Shown: piece by piece, positions 14,201 through 26,059 of the stretch
How positions within the stretch are numbered: the stretch's first letter is position 1
Layout: every line of letters starts with the position of its first letter
Source of the DNA: Podarcis vaucheri
Lineage: Eukaryota
Length of the DNA: 64,000 bases
NCBI GenBank assembly: GCA_965113315.1
Contig: OZ220368.1
Strand: one strand, 5' to 3'
Program-made: the position numbers and the translations under genes
Notes under the pieces: generated by a model
The model's database searches: none
What the model was told of the DNA's origin: nothing
The model's input: only the letters and a program-made list of their open reading frames with translations

Positions 14201-17200
14201 GCCTCAGTTCTAGCTGTATATATTCCAATCCCATCCTCTGCTGTCAATTCACTAGTAGGTCCAACATAACAGCCATTATATTGTCCATAACCACTGTATT
14301 TCTTCTGGTCTATGTATACACCGTCCCTGCTTCAGTTTAGTTCTAAACATCCTGCCCATTTAGCGCAAATGAAAAAAGATACCTTTCCATACCTAGCTGG
14401 GCAGTTTTTCTTGCAACAAAGTAATTGCACCTTACTGGCTTACTGATACTTACTTCAAATCAAGAGACTTATAAAACAGCCTTAACAAACACAAAATGGG
14501 CAGCAACAGAATCCTTACCTAGTTCTGCTCTAAAGGTCTGTCTCATGGTCTTCCACTCAGGCTTGTCTCCTTCACATTCCTGACGGACAGTCTCTACGAT
14601 AAGGTACATAATATTCAGCAGCACCCTGCAAAATGGATTGCAAAGACCAAGCAAGTTAGAAAGGCAAACTCTGACAATATGGCTCAGCTTATTCAAAACT
14701 GCAGGGGTAGGAGAGAGGGGGCTAGACTAGCAAAGTGTACACAAGTGATGTCCCCCCCCCCAGCTTAATCAGAAGTAGCAACATTATATGCTTGGCACAA
14801 CAAGAAGATGACAAGTTTTACTGAAAGAAGCCAGCATTTTCCTCCTGCTCCCAGTCTATATTGCCAGGGTGACTGTTGCTTAGCAACCTGTATTTCTAAA
14901 AAAAAAAAATGTACTCAGTCTAGTGGGTGTATCTTTACATAAACCACAAGCATCTCCTGGAAGAACTCGCCATTTTCCAGCTATAGAGGTTTCACTACAG
15001 ATGAGGTGATTGTACTGTGCACAGTCACTAGCACACAGTGTTAGCTAGTACACAGTGTTTGTTCCTAACATACTCTATGCAAAGCTGCGTTGGGTTTGGT
15101 TACCTATCTTTTCACACACACACACCCAAGTCCATTAGATCAATGCAGACAGCTGAAGGCACAACAGTATGCTGCATCAAATCTATAAGTCTGATTCTTG
15201 CACAAATGTCAGAGAACTATTCAAGTAGATACTGAAAGCAGGGATGGGCAACCTCAGACCTGAGGCCACATGCAGTTTCTCAGGCCTCTCTGTCAGGTAC
15301 TCAAGTCTCTTCCTTAGCCATACCCCTCATCTGGCCTCTCCTTTTGCCTAGCTGGAATATGCCCCTTGAACTCTGATCATGCTTCTTGCTTGCCTGGATG
15401 GAAGACAGAGGGATGTGTGTGAAGAAGCTGCCTAGTATACGAAGGTATACAAATTCACATTAGTTGCTCTGCCCACTTTTTCCTCTGTCCTGTCCACTAT
15501 TGGCTGAAAAAATATTACCACCCCTGCTGGGAGGCTATGCTGAAGTTGCACTATATGGTGTAAAAGGTCCCTTCCACCTCTAAATGCCATGATTCAAAAA
15601 GACACAAGAGAATATGCAAATAGAGGAAAGGCTGCGGAGGAAAGCAAAGCAAAGCATTCTTTTAAACTTCACAGGGAAATCTCATCACATCTGTGGCCTA
15701 TATGCCAATACTCCTCACCTCAGATCGGTGCTGTCAGCCAGGGAGATGGCAGGCTTCCTCACAGCACTGCTGCAGGCAGCACTGTTGCTGAGAGAAAAGA
15801 AGCAACATCAACTTAGCTCTTGCTGCCTACAATCTGGGATCAAAGGCTTTTTTTTACACAAGTCACATTAAGATTATAACATTAAAACATCACTGTGCAG
15901 TTTGCATATCCTGTGGTCTTTCTCTGCAGCTAGGCACCACTCTGCACATGCTCTAATTCCTTCACATTTCCAACAGCAGCTGCCCAAAACAGTTGCTATG
16001 AGATCTTACAAACTGGACTGAATTCAACTACGAGAGAAGCATCTGCTCCATAGAACCAAATTACTAGACATGCGATAACAACTTTGTGTTCCCTTTTTTT
16101 TAGATAACTGAGTAGGAACATGTTTGATCCTACTGAGATCAAAGGACTGGGCTACAGAGGCATTCATCTGAGTCCAGTATATACTAATCTTTCTATCGAT
16201 CCATGTTTAGTTTTTAGCTGCAAGCACAACAAAGCCATCCTCAAAAGTAAGTGATTCTTGTTTGGCACTACAAAGTATAATAATAATAGTATCATTAATA
16301 ATATTAATACAATTATTATAAATGAATAATTAAAAATCAAGTTATTCTAGATTACTTTTCTATTTCCATTACCAGAATAATAGCATTTCTTAATCAGATA
16401 CTGGAAAGGTAGGTGAAAAGAACTTGCAGTGTTACCCTGCTGCCTTAATACTCCAGTCCTAAACTCTAGGGCTTTCTATGGAATCAGATAAAAATTGGAT
16501 GGATACCAGAATGAATCTGGCATCTGATCATTCACAAGCTGTAAAAATATATACCCTGGTGGGGCAGATCATAACCAGGCTATCTAAACAGCCTACATTC
16601 CTCTCAGAGGCCAACTCTACAGCAACATGGAACTCACTCAATTTCCATGTTCAAAAGTTCCACCAAAGCATTGAATGTGCCAACTTCAAGCAGAAGGAAA
16701 ACGTTGTACCGCATCCAGGACTGAACTTCAGCTTCAGAGCTGCACTCATCAAATGTGCCTGCAGCCACAAAAACAAAAATCATACCAATTTGCTCTCCAT
16801 TTTACAGATAAAGCATGTTGTTGTTCTTCATAACTGATATGTTTTTCCTGATTCTTATGCTTAAGGGCAGAGAATTCACAAAATTATAATAACACAAAAA
16901 TTATAATACAGTACTATGAAAACAACCGGCTAGAATGTCAGCTTCCTGCAGCATCTGCTGCAGGACAGAGAACAAGAGTGTTACACAATTATAAAATAAA
17001 ACATGGCTTCCAGTGGGACTTGATGGCACTTGATCACACCAACATCTCAAGGGATAATCCCACCAAACAACCTCTGTTGCCTGAATATTTGGTGCAATGG
17101 AAATATGTCACTAATGCAATATCATGCATCTGTACTAATATGGAGACCATGCAAGCTCTGGACCACTGCCTGGACTTGGTGGTGGGCTGGATGAGGGCCA

Positions 17201-20200
17201 ACAAACTGACTTGGAATCCTGGCAAGATGGAAGCGTTTTGGGTGGCTGGTTCCCAATAACTGGCCAACTCCCTACTTTGGATAGGGTTGTACTCCCACTT
17301 AAAGAGCAGGCTCATAGTCCAGGAGTGCTCCCAGATCCATAGTTTTCAGTAGAGGCCCAAGTGCTCTTAGTGGTCAGGAGTGCCTTCTACCAGTTTTGGC
17401 CAATATGACAGCTATGGCCATTTCAGGACTGGGCCACTGTCACCCATGCGCTGGTAATCTGCAGGCTGAATTATTGCAATGTTTTCTATGCAGGGCTACC
17501 CTTGAAGTTGGTCCTGAAGCTGCAGGTAGTGCAAAATGAGATGGCTCAACTGCTCACTGTGGCAGGCTACTGCCACCATGTTACACAGCTGCTAAAAGAA
17601 CTTCGCTGGCTGCCAATTACTGGTAGTTACTGGGCTACGTTCAGGGTGTTGGTTTTGGTGCATTAAGCCCTATACAGCTTGGGACCAGGATACCTGAAAG
17701 ATCGTCTCACCCCTTATTTTCCCAGCAAATAACTGTTCTCTGTTGGTGAGGGCCTCACACAGATACTAACAGAGCAGGGGGGGGGGGTGACAGTCCATTA
17801 TGCAAAATATAGGAATCAGATCTTTTGTGATGTGGCACCAACTCTTTGGAATTCTGTCCTGTTAAATACTACACAGGGACCACCTCTGTTGTCTTTTTGG
17901 CACCTTCTTCTTTCAACAAGCCTTTTACAGGTTGCATTTCAATTGGAATTGCTTTTAGATGTTTAAACTGTTTCATTATTTGTGCGCTTGCTGCCCTGGG
18001 TTCCTTTGAGTGGAACGGTGGGAAATAACTTTGATGATAATAATAACAACTACTCAGGTTAATTATATCTGCATATGTGATAGTCAACTACAAACTGCTG
18101 CCTCTGTCAACTCTGATGTTCAGGCACACTATGAGCAAAGATGGACAACCATCTTGGTTTACTATGAAAAGTGACTGTAAGTCTAGAATCTAGCCCCAAA
18201 CAACTAAAAATGAAACTGAAAATGAAACTAAATAGATCTGCTAGTACAACGGAAGTTCTCCACCCTCTCCTCTCCTTGCATACCTCCTAAATCTGTTCTG
18301 GGTTTCTCCTCAACTCTCTGGAACAGATTTGGCACACATATTTGGCAGAGAGGGAGGAGGTTTCATTGTACAAGTGGAAATCTCTGCACTAGTGGATCCA
18401 TTTAGTAGAATACTGCTCTCAGTCATTTATGCAATAAAGGTAGTAACCAACAAATTTCCTACATCTCTATTCTTTCTTTCTTTTTTAAAAAACAGGCTTT
18501 GTTTCACTCAAGTACCATGTTAATAAATATTCCATGAAGACATTACACAGCAACTAGCAAACATTTCATAACTGAGTACAGTGGTACCCCGCAAGACGAA
18601 CGCCTCGCGAGACGAAATACTCGCAAAACGAAAGGTTTTTTCGTTTTCGAGTTGCCTCGCAAGACAAATTTCCCTATGGGCTAGCTTCGCAAAACAAAGC
18701 TTGCCCCGGGGACAGCGGGTCTTCTCTTTTGAAGCAAGGGGCGGCGGGGAGATTGCTTCTCCCCACCGCCCCTTGCTTCAAAAGAGGTCCAGGGGCAACG
18801 GGAAGCGCTTCCCGCTGCCCCCGGACCTCTTCTGAAGCAAGCGGCCGCGCTTCTCTCCGCAGCTGCTTGCTTCAAAAGAGGTCCCGGACCTCTTTTGAAG
18901 CAAGTGGCTGCGGGGAGATCGCTTCTCCCCACCGCCCCTTGCTTCAAAAGAGGTCCGGGGGCAGCGGGAAGCGCTTCCCGCTGCCCCCGGACCTCTTTTG
19001 AAGTAAGGGGCTGCGGGGAGATCGCTTCTCCCGGTGCTCCAAAGCGGGGCGGGGGGGGGGGCGGGAACACCTTCCCCCACCGCCCCGCTTCAGAACGGTG
19101 CTCCAAAGCGGGGCGGGGGGGCAGGAACACCTTCCCCCACCGCCCCGCTTCGGAACGGTGCTCCAAAGCGGGGCGGGGGGCGGGAACACCTTCTGAAGGC
19201 TGGCGGGGGGCAAAAGTCTTTGTCCCCCCTGCCTGCCTTCCCAGGGGCTTTTAAATCGCCCCGGACAGCGGAGAAGTCCTCTGCTGTCCCGGGGCGATTT
19301 TAAAATGCCGCCCGCCAGCATTTTAAGATTGCCCGGACAGCGGAGAAGTCCTCCGCTGTCCCAGGGTTTTTTAAAATGCTGGGGGTGGGAAGAAAAGCCA
19401 TTGTCCCCCCCCCCCAGCCTTCAGAAGAGGTCCGGGGACAGTCTGTCCCCGGACCTGGTCTGAAGGCGGTTTCCCTAGGAACGCATTAATTGATTTTCAA
19501 TGCATTCCTATGGGAAACCGTGCATCGCAAGACGAAAAAACCGCAAGACGAAGAGACTTGCGGAACAAATTAATTTCGTCTTGCGAGGCACCACTGTATT
19601 TCCTCTGGCAGCAATAAAGGTATACCTTGTGCAACATAGAGGATGGCTCGGGCTACCCTCAGTCTTCTCTCCCGAGCAGTGACTTCAAGGCCATCAAGAA
19701 GCCTCATGGCATGGGTACGATGTTGATCGGTGTCCAACTCTGTCCATTTTTTATCCAGCACTGTAAAGTCAAACAGTTTGATATAAGGCTGCTTTCTGAA
19801 ACTACAAAACAGACCCTCAAAGATCAGGGAGCTTTAGCCTCACAAGTCACAGGGCAACTTTGCTTTAGAAGAGTCTGGGAGGTCTGGCTGAATTCATAAG
19901 AACCCAAAAGCCCTTACAATTCTTATGAGTTAAAAGCTGTGGTAAGCACCCTTCAGTCTGGCACACTAGAACATTCAGAAAATTCATAAATAAGAATCCT
20001 ATGCTATGAGATCAGGCCCTCTCATTTACCTTAAATACCTTCCATTGCTTCCAAAAACTCAAGATTTGCTTAAAATACAAACTATTAAATGGCTCAGGAC
20101 CACAATACCAGGCCCTGCAATCATCACCTGAGGCCCTTCTTTGTTTCCCTCCTCCATGAGAGGTCCAGGGTGGAAACATGAGAATGAACCTTTTCTGCAG

Positions 20201-20468
20201 TGGCTCTCCATTTGTGGAATGCTCTCCATGGAGAGGTTTGCCTGAAGCCTTCATTACATACCTTTAGGCACCAGATGAAAAGGTTTCTCTATAACCAGGG
20301 CTATGGCTGTCGAAACATTCTATAGCCTTTTAAATGTGTCATTGGTTTGGAGGGGTGTTATTGGTTTGTTTTGGGGTTCTTTATTATGTATTTTGTGCTC
20401 ACATTTTGTATTTTTATGTTGTGAACCACCCTGTGATCTTTGGAAGAAGGGAGGTATACAAATTAATA

Positions 20469-20506
<38 letters not shown>

Positions 20507-22942
20507 GATTAAAATAAAAGTAAAGTTTCATGAAAAGATGTAAGAACATACTTGATTTAGCAATCAATCCTTTGGTATTTTATTTCTATCACAAAGAGAA
20601 AGATCTTACATTTTGAGCACACAAAGACCAACTTCTAGAGCACACACCAAGCAACTCTACAAGACATTTTCACAGCAAAAAGACAATACATCACTCTTAC
20701 CATGCAGTCTAAAATCTTCCTCAAAGCATTTTCTGTTGAGCTGGAATTCCGGACCTTCAGTGTAACTGTACAGTTCTGCCATGAGATAATAAATACACAA
20801 AATCTTACAATTACCAAGTTATATGTTATACAATACCTGAGCATGGTTTAAAGCAACATGACTAGAGACAGCTATTTGTCATAACAAGTGGAAGAATGTT
20901 CATAACACAGAGTGTTATAGAAGATGGTATTATTTGAAAATTACTGCCATGGGTGAGCTTTCTCAAGCTAAGCTCTGCCCCTGTAGGGTGGGAACCACAC
21001 CAATGAGGCCTGCTCATAAGTTTGCAAGGGAAGATCCTTGAGATGCAGGGAGAACTAAACTGCTTGATGTAGATGTACCATGGTTAATACAAAACATGGT
21101 TAACAAACCTACTTCAGACTCATGACTTAACATAAGTAGTTTGCAGACAACCCTTAATCATGATGTAGGTATTCAGGTACAAGCAACACTTAACTGTAGT
21201 TACAGAAACAAGCAATGGTTAAGCATAATGGGTAGGATTCTGCATAGCGCAAAGGAAATAGTTCCATCAGTGCAAGGATTTCTGCTTGCCAGATGGAACC
21301 ATCTTTCCTCTCCTCCCTCCCTGTAATATTACTGGATATCTCCTAGTACTGGATACCTTTCTGAGTGAATTTGGGAAGGTGCAGGGGGCCCACAGGGGAG
21401 GTGGGAAAGCCCCACTGCTCTAGCAGATGTCCTTGCACTGGGTTTTACAAGCAGAACATGATAGTTGAATCTGAGCAATGTCTGCACATCTCTCCTATTG
21501 AAGTAAAATAGGAACATATACTACTGACTGAATGTTCAAAAGTACATATGTATATTTAAAGCAAAAACTAAGACACACTATTTATTTATAGCGGAATTAT
21601 TTTTTTTATTTAGAACATTTCTAACTTGCCCTTCATTAAAAAATTATCCAGGGTGGGTCAGAAAATAATAAACAGAGTTTTTATGTGGATATCACTTCCA
21701 CTCAAAACAACTTTCCTCACACAGCAGTAATCCCAAGATAAAACCTGAAAGCAACTAACAATGAATATAGGAAGGAGCAGCTCAAACAAATCCGTTGAGT
21801 TTTCAAATAGGCTTGATTTTTACTTTGTAGCAACATCCATTATAATAAAATGAAACTGTTTTGAAACAAAGCACAATATTAGAGTAAAGAAGGTGATAGT
21901 TTACCTGACAGCTCAGCAGCCCACTTGTCTGTGTCTGCATATTCAAACTCAAAATCTGGAGATTCCGAATAGCCCTGGGTGAAGAGGACAGTTTAGAATA
22001 AAACTTTTTTCCCCCCAGGCAGAATCCCCTAAGGGTGTTAGGCTCAGCATGAAAGGGCTCTCGACTTTCCCCACGCAGCTTCATTGTTACTATGGTAACT
22101 TGCAGATGACTACAGCAATGCTCCTCTCCCTGAAACCTGCTTTGCCACATTGCTCGGCAACTTCGAACTTTTAAGGCTTGCCTGGAACTCAAGTTTCGCG
22201 GACTGCCGTGCAACCCAGACAAGATCTGTTCGGAGTTATAAAACCCACTCCCAAGTAAATGTGTACAGATAGGACTGGCGATTTATAATCTTCCGGGTTG
22301 CCACCCTACAGGCAACCCTTACCCGAGCGTAAGAGCCCTTGGGCACAGGGCAGCTTACTTGTGAGCAAGCGTCTGTGCTGCAAAAACCTTTTAGAAAGGC
22401 AAAAGGATGAGGAGGGTTTTTTCAAAAGTTGCACTTTTTGCACGAGGAGGAAGCAGCTGCCTTGTGACCTTGGCAGGCTCCTCTTCGGGATGGGGATGGG
22501 AAAGAGCCTTTATTTGGGAAATGGCTTCGCGTGAGTAAGGGAGGGAAGCAAAGGCTCGGGTGGAGACTAAAGATTGCACGTCCACCGTCCGCGCAGGGAC
22601 ATCCCGACCCCCCCGTCTATTTCATCTCTATTTTTAAACCGCTGGTGACATGCAAGGCCCGACAGGTGAGGGAAGCCCGAGTCACCCAGAGGGAGCCGCT
22701 CCCTCCCTCCCGGCTCCTTGAGACTTCGGTAGGAAGCGGCGAGTGGGCGAGGACACGTCCTCCCCTCCCCCCCGGAGCCCCTCGCCGCCCCGCCTGACCT
22801 CCGAGTCCTTGCGCTGGTTGCGGTTGGGCTCTCGGCCCTTCACCCCCGGCGTCGCCGGCGCCGCCAGCCCGAGCCCCGCGCCCCGTTGCTTGTTGTTGAC
22901 AATCAGCAAGCCCGGACCTCCGCCGCCGCCGCCTGGCTCCAT
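4988..22942 (-). CDS. STRIP1: Striatin-interacting protein 1 (STRIPAK subunit, FAM40A); complete spliced CDS, 21 exons, 825 aa
   Basis: Manually assembled exons translate to MEP...LIVNNKQ...[32 protein letters not shown]...[18 protein letters not shown], near-identical to vertebrate STRIP1 as recalled. All junctions GT-AG, total 2478 nt, in frame. Adjacent to AHCYL1 as in mammals. Confidence 0.97.
5505..5746. mobile_element. Tc1/mariner-type MITE (family B, copy 1)
   Basis: TA|CAATGGAACCTCGGTTTTTGA...TCAAAAACTGAGGTTCCACAG|TA. Confidence 0.75.
6082..6286 (-). CDS. STRIP1: STRIP1 exon 20
   Basis: [19 protein letters not shown]...[13 protein letters not shown], 205 nt. Confidence 0.95.
6426..6530 (-). 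CDS. STRIP1: STRIP1 exon 19
   Basis: [35 protein letters not shown], 105 nt. Confidence 0.95.
6654..6720 (-). CDS. STRIP1: STRIP1 exon 18
   Basis: [22 protein letters not shown], 67 nt. Confidence 0.95.
7314..7414 (-). CDS. STRIP1: STRIP1 exon 17
   Basis: [33 protein letters not shown], 101 nt. Confidence 0.95.
7525..7651 (-). CDS. STRIP1: STRIP1 exon 16
   Basis: [42 protein letters not shown], 127 nt. Confidence 0.95.
8534..8631 (-). CDS. STRIP1: STRIP1 exon 15
   Basis: [32 protein letters not shown], 98 nt. Confidence 0.95.
8946..9020 (-). CDS. STRIP1: STRIP1 exon 14
   Basis: [25 protein letters not shown], 75 nt. Confidence 0.95.
9442..9513 (-). CDS. STRIP1: STRIP1 exon 13
   Basis: [24 protein letters not shown], 72 nt. 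Confidence 0.95.
9682..9745 (-). CDS. STRIP1: STRIP1 exon 12
   Basis: [21 protein letters not shown], 64 nt. Confidence 0.94.
10989..11054 (-). CDS. STRIP1: STRIP1 exon 11
   Basis: [21 protein letters not shown], 66 nt. Confidence 0.95.
11399..11616 (-). CDS. STRIP1: STRIP1 exon 10
   Basis: [18 protein letters not shown]...[10 protein letters not shown], 218 nt. Confidence 0.95.
11728..11910 (-). CDS. STRIP1: STRIP1 exon 9
   Basis: [16 protein letters not shown]...[25 protein letters not shown], 183 nt. Confidence 0.95.
12226..12430. mobile_element. Tc1/mariner-type MITE (family B, copy 2, opposite orientation)
   Basis: TA|CGGTGGTACCTCGGCTTTTGAA...TTCGAAAACCAAGGTACCACTG|TA; its right end is the approximate reverse complement of the left end of 5505-5746. 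Confidence 0.8.
14031..14158 (-). CDS. STRIP1: STRIP1 exon 8
   Basis: [43 protein letters not shown], 128 nt. Confidence 0.95.
14519..14625 (-). CDS. STRIP1: STRIP1 exon 7
   Basis: [35 protein letters not shown], 107 nt. Confidence 0.95.
15239..15526. mobile_element. Degenerate hAT/Charlie-like non-autonomous element
   Basis: CAGGGATGGGCAACCT... start and ...CCACCCCTG end; TSD not clear. Confidence 0.45.
15719..15787 (-). CDS. STRIP1: STRIP1 exon 6
   Basis: [22 protein letters not shown], 69 nt. Confidence 0.95.
16638..16758 (-). CDS. STRIP1: STRIP1 exon 5
   Basis: [40 protein letters not shown], 121 nt. Confidence 0.95.
17135..18052 (+). mobile_element. Old degenerate L2-type LINE 3' fragment (STRIP1 intron 4)
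   Basis: Decayed [41 protein letters not shown] motifs with stops and frameshifts; ends in an (AAT/AAC)n tail. Confidence 0.8.
18579..19596. mobile_element. Non-autonomous Tc1/mariner(pogo-like) DNA transposon with GC-rich palindromic internal array
   Basis: TA|CAGTGGTACCCCGCAAGACGAA ... TTCGTCTTGCGAGGCACCACTG|TA (22-bp TIR, 2 mismatches, TA TSD); no transposase. Confidence 0.9.
19626..19760 (-). CDS. STRIP1: STRIP1 exon 4
   Basis: [44 protein letters not shown], 135 nt. Confidence 0.95.
20255..20505 (+). mobile_element. L2-type 3' end fragment ending in (AAT)n microsatellite
   Basis: ...gtgaaccaccctgtgatctttggaagaagggaggtatacaaattaataaa(taa)n resembles the tail of the 39.6-kb LINE. Confidence 0.6.
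20701..20775 (-). CDS. STRIP1: STRIP1 exon 3
   Basis: [25 protein letters not shown], 75 nt, AG/GT. Confidence 0.95.
21905..21974 (-). CDS. STRIP1: STRIP1 exon 2
   Basis: cag|[23 protein letters not shown]|gtaa, 70 nt. Confidence 0.95.
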
Positions 22943-23300
22943 CTCGACGCGCCGGCAGTTCTCGCGCGAACTGGGCCGAGGCAGCGCTAGGTTCTCGCAG
23001 GAAGCGACGCCATCTTGAGCGTGGCGGATGGGTGCGGCTAAGATGAGAAGCTCTTGTTTCAGGAACAGATTGAGGATGGCGAGCGGATCAAAGGACTCTT
23101 GTGACCTGGCGCGGCAGCCATCTTGGTTGCGTCGCGTTATCCTCCTAAAGGCGGCGCTGCCTGAAAGCTGGCATTTCTCCGGTTTTTGTAAAGCCTGTGA
23201 AATGGTTCCCAAGGCAACGGAGGCTCGTTTGGCCATAGCCGGGAGCTGTCACGTAAAGTCCCGCAGACGGTGCAAGTGAAGCGCGCTTATGCAGAAGGGT
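22550..23300 (-). promoter_or_regulatory. CpG-island promoter / first exon region of STRIP1
   Basis: Sharp rise in GC and CpG density around the STRIP1 ATG; two YY1-type AAGATGGC motifs (minus strand, ~23016 and ~23124); TTCTCGCGCGAA near 22960. Confidence 0.8.
22799..22942 (-). CDS. STRIP1: STRIP1 exon 1 (coding part)
   Basis: ATG GAG CCA: [19 protein letters not shown]...NRNQRKDSE|gtcagg, inside CpG island. Confidence 0.92.
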
Positions 23301-26030
23301 TTAGCTCTCAAAACGTCATCTCAAAAGCAGCAGCTTCATGGTGGACAAGTGCACAAGGGTGCGAGAGACACAGGCTGCACGCAGGGGCGGAAAGAAAAAA
23401 TTGTGAACGCTGGAATCAAACGGCAGTGAATTACAGAAAGCACTTCCTGCATTTCACTCACTGTCATTCGATTCCACTGTTCACATTTCCCCCACTTACG
23501 CATATATTCCGGCCAACTGAGGACACTTCGTGCATCTGACAGAGGAGACTCAAATAGAAATGCTTAAGGCACAATAAATTCGTTATATGCCACAAGACTC
23601 TCGTTGCAACTTGGCTAGCGCTCTGAAAATTACGCATCTAAATACTGTAAAGGAAGGGCAAGAAAGAGAAACTGGACATTTCAAAAACAGCCCCAGACGC
23701 ACATCTGAGACACACTTTCTGGATCGCTCACTCCTACATGCACATGTTGGGAAAATCTATTACAGCAACTAGGGTTGCACTTGTGAAGCAGCTCAATAAG
23801 GATTTTACGATTATCCATGCATTCTATTTAAATAGAACAGTGTGCCTTTGAGATAGGGCTTAAAAGGCCTAATGTTTCTTAGCATAGTCTTACAGTGCCT
23901 TACAAACATTCTATAAATCTAAACACATAGGTCATCAGTACCTTTAACACTGCAATGCAGCACTGTATTTAAATAGTTTCCATAGCAAGCCACTATTCAG
24001 TGTTAACAATTTGCTGCATGTTTTTAACATCTGCCTGCTTACTATGTATCTTTAACAGCATCTTGAACTTGGAAAGAGGGAGACACTGTGGACATTCATT
24101 ATTAACACTCTGCAAGCTGAGCCCTACGTACCAGCTCATGCTAGTATTTATTCATGTGCAGAAGAAAACCTTCTTGAACACTATGTGGATCCTATCACTT
24201 TTACCTTCAGCTTGTTTAATCTTTTAATGAGCTGATTTTTAACAAAACAAAACAAAAAACCTGCAGTAGGGTAGTTGTAAGGACATTAATAAAAGCACTG
24301 TACAATCTTACCTTATCAAAAACATTGGCAAAAGCCACAAATGCTTGAAATATACACTTGTGATAGCATCACTGGCATATCTGTGATGTAGCACTGGTGG
24401 GATAGCCTTTCACTTGCCTGCTACTTGAGAATATTGGGGACCACCAACGAGTATGCACATGACCAGGCTACTAAAGTATTAGTAGCCATATAGAAGCAGA
24501 ACAGAAATGTGTGATAGCAATAGGAACATCTGAGATTGAGGGGGTCCAATGGAATCAGGGATGGTCCATTGAGGAAAAGGATTGTAGATAATTGCAGAAT
24601 GCTTTAGGCCATATTCAGTTACACCGATTTAACAATAGAAAACATTAAATATGTGAAATGTGTTCACAAGAAAGAAGTAAATGAGGGAACAATATGAACT
24701 GCCTCTGTCCACCACGAGAAGAGTTTCTTGGACTACAGCAAGCAAGATCAAGATGTCTGGTATATCCATACACTCTTTTACGGACTGTGGACTTACAGGA
24801 ATAGAAATGTTACGGACCATTCATTCATTCATTTATACATACCAAATAGTTCAGTGTAGGATATGTTAATGTGAACTCAACAACTAAAGCTTGCATGGAA
24901 AGCCCAACACCATCTCTATTTTATTAGCAATGAGAACAAGCTTAGGTTTGTTTTGCATCCAGTGTGGCTAGACAGCCATAGAAGTGTGTTTGCTTCTGGA
25001 AGCTTGGATATAGGATTCTATTTCGACAGAGTTTCTAATGCTAACTTAATGGCAGTTATTCCCTTCCTGAAAAGTAGGGCTGGGGCCGTATCAACACACC
25101 AATCACACATTCTTAACATATACAGAGACATACAAAATGGTATTTCCTATGAAAACAAGGGGCTTTTTTCTTAGCAACTCCACTCAAATATCCATTTTCT
25201 TGCCGTTTTCTCCATAAGCTTTTAAAAAAAAGTTTTAAAAGAGTAAAGCTCCTAATCACTGTTGTCTCTATGCTAATTGTGCAAAAGGCAAAGAGTAATC
25301 AGTAATTCCATCAGAGAAATGCAAGCAATGTTAAAGTACAGAGGAACTGCAAAGCTGTGTCTTACAGCTATTTGAAACCTAAAATTTCAAAATGCATCTG
25401 CATCCTGAAAATTGCATGCGTGCAACTGCAGTTTGCCTGGACATTTTTTTGCATCTTTGCAAGGAACAGTAATCTACCTTTCTGCTGAAACATTTTAAAA
25501 ATTTACTTTGATCTTCTTCCAACAGATCTTACTTCAGAGGAACTTTGAAAGTGTGCATTTCACCCAACAAAAGCATTTGCCCTAGTTAATTTATACAGAA
25601 TTTTGTTTTCTCATAAAGATTGATAACATTTTATTAGGACTCACCCATATTTGCGTAGTGTATATTTTTGGTATGTTTTGTTATGTTTCAAAAAACCATG
25701 GCATTTCCCCCCTCAGCTGCTTCCCACTGAGCACCCCCTGAAGGGCCAACTACAGGCCACATCTGACTCACAGAGTAGGGTTTCTCCATTCCTGCTGTAA
25801 AATCTACTTCGGGGAGGAAGAGAAGCAGGGAGACCAAGCTCTTCCTTGTGCTCTGACATCAGGGATTTGTATATCTTCTCAACCCACAGACATCCTATGA
25901 GATAAATGATTTGCTTTGTGGATGGAATAAAACTTGCAGTTGAAAGTGTGCTGGCAACTTGTTTCCTTGGACAGCGCAAACTGTGGCAGTGATATTTAAA
26001 AACTCAAGCCAGAGGTATTTTTCTAATCAT

Positions 26031-26059
26031 TTTATTTAGATTTTGCGTAACGATTTATT
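26031..26059 (-). terminator. Probable AHCYL1 polyadenylation signals (two AATAAA on minus strand)
   Basis: tttatt at 26031-26036 and 26054-26059, preceded in transcript sense by U-rich/TGTA sequence; ~2.4 kb downstream of the stop. Confidence 0.55.

Noticed and set aside
18581-19321. Cluster of overlapping 85-160 aa Pro/Gly/Arg-rich ORFs on both strands
   Set aside because: By-products of GC-rich palindromic repeats inside a TIR element; both strands give similar peptides because the DNA is self-complementary.
18700-19400. CRISPR-like repeat-spacer array
   Set aside because: Eukaryotic intron, no unique spacers, irregular period, no cas genes; enclosed by transposon TIRs.
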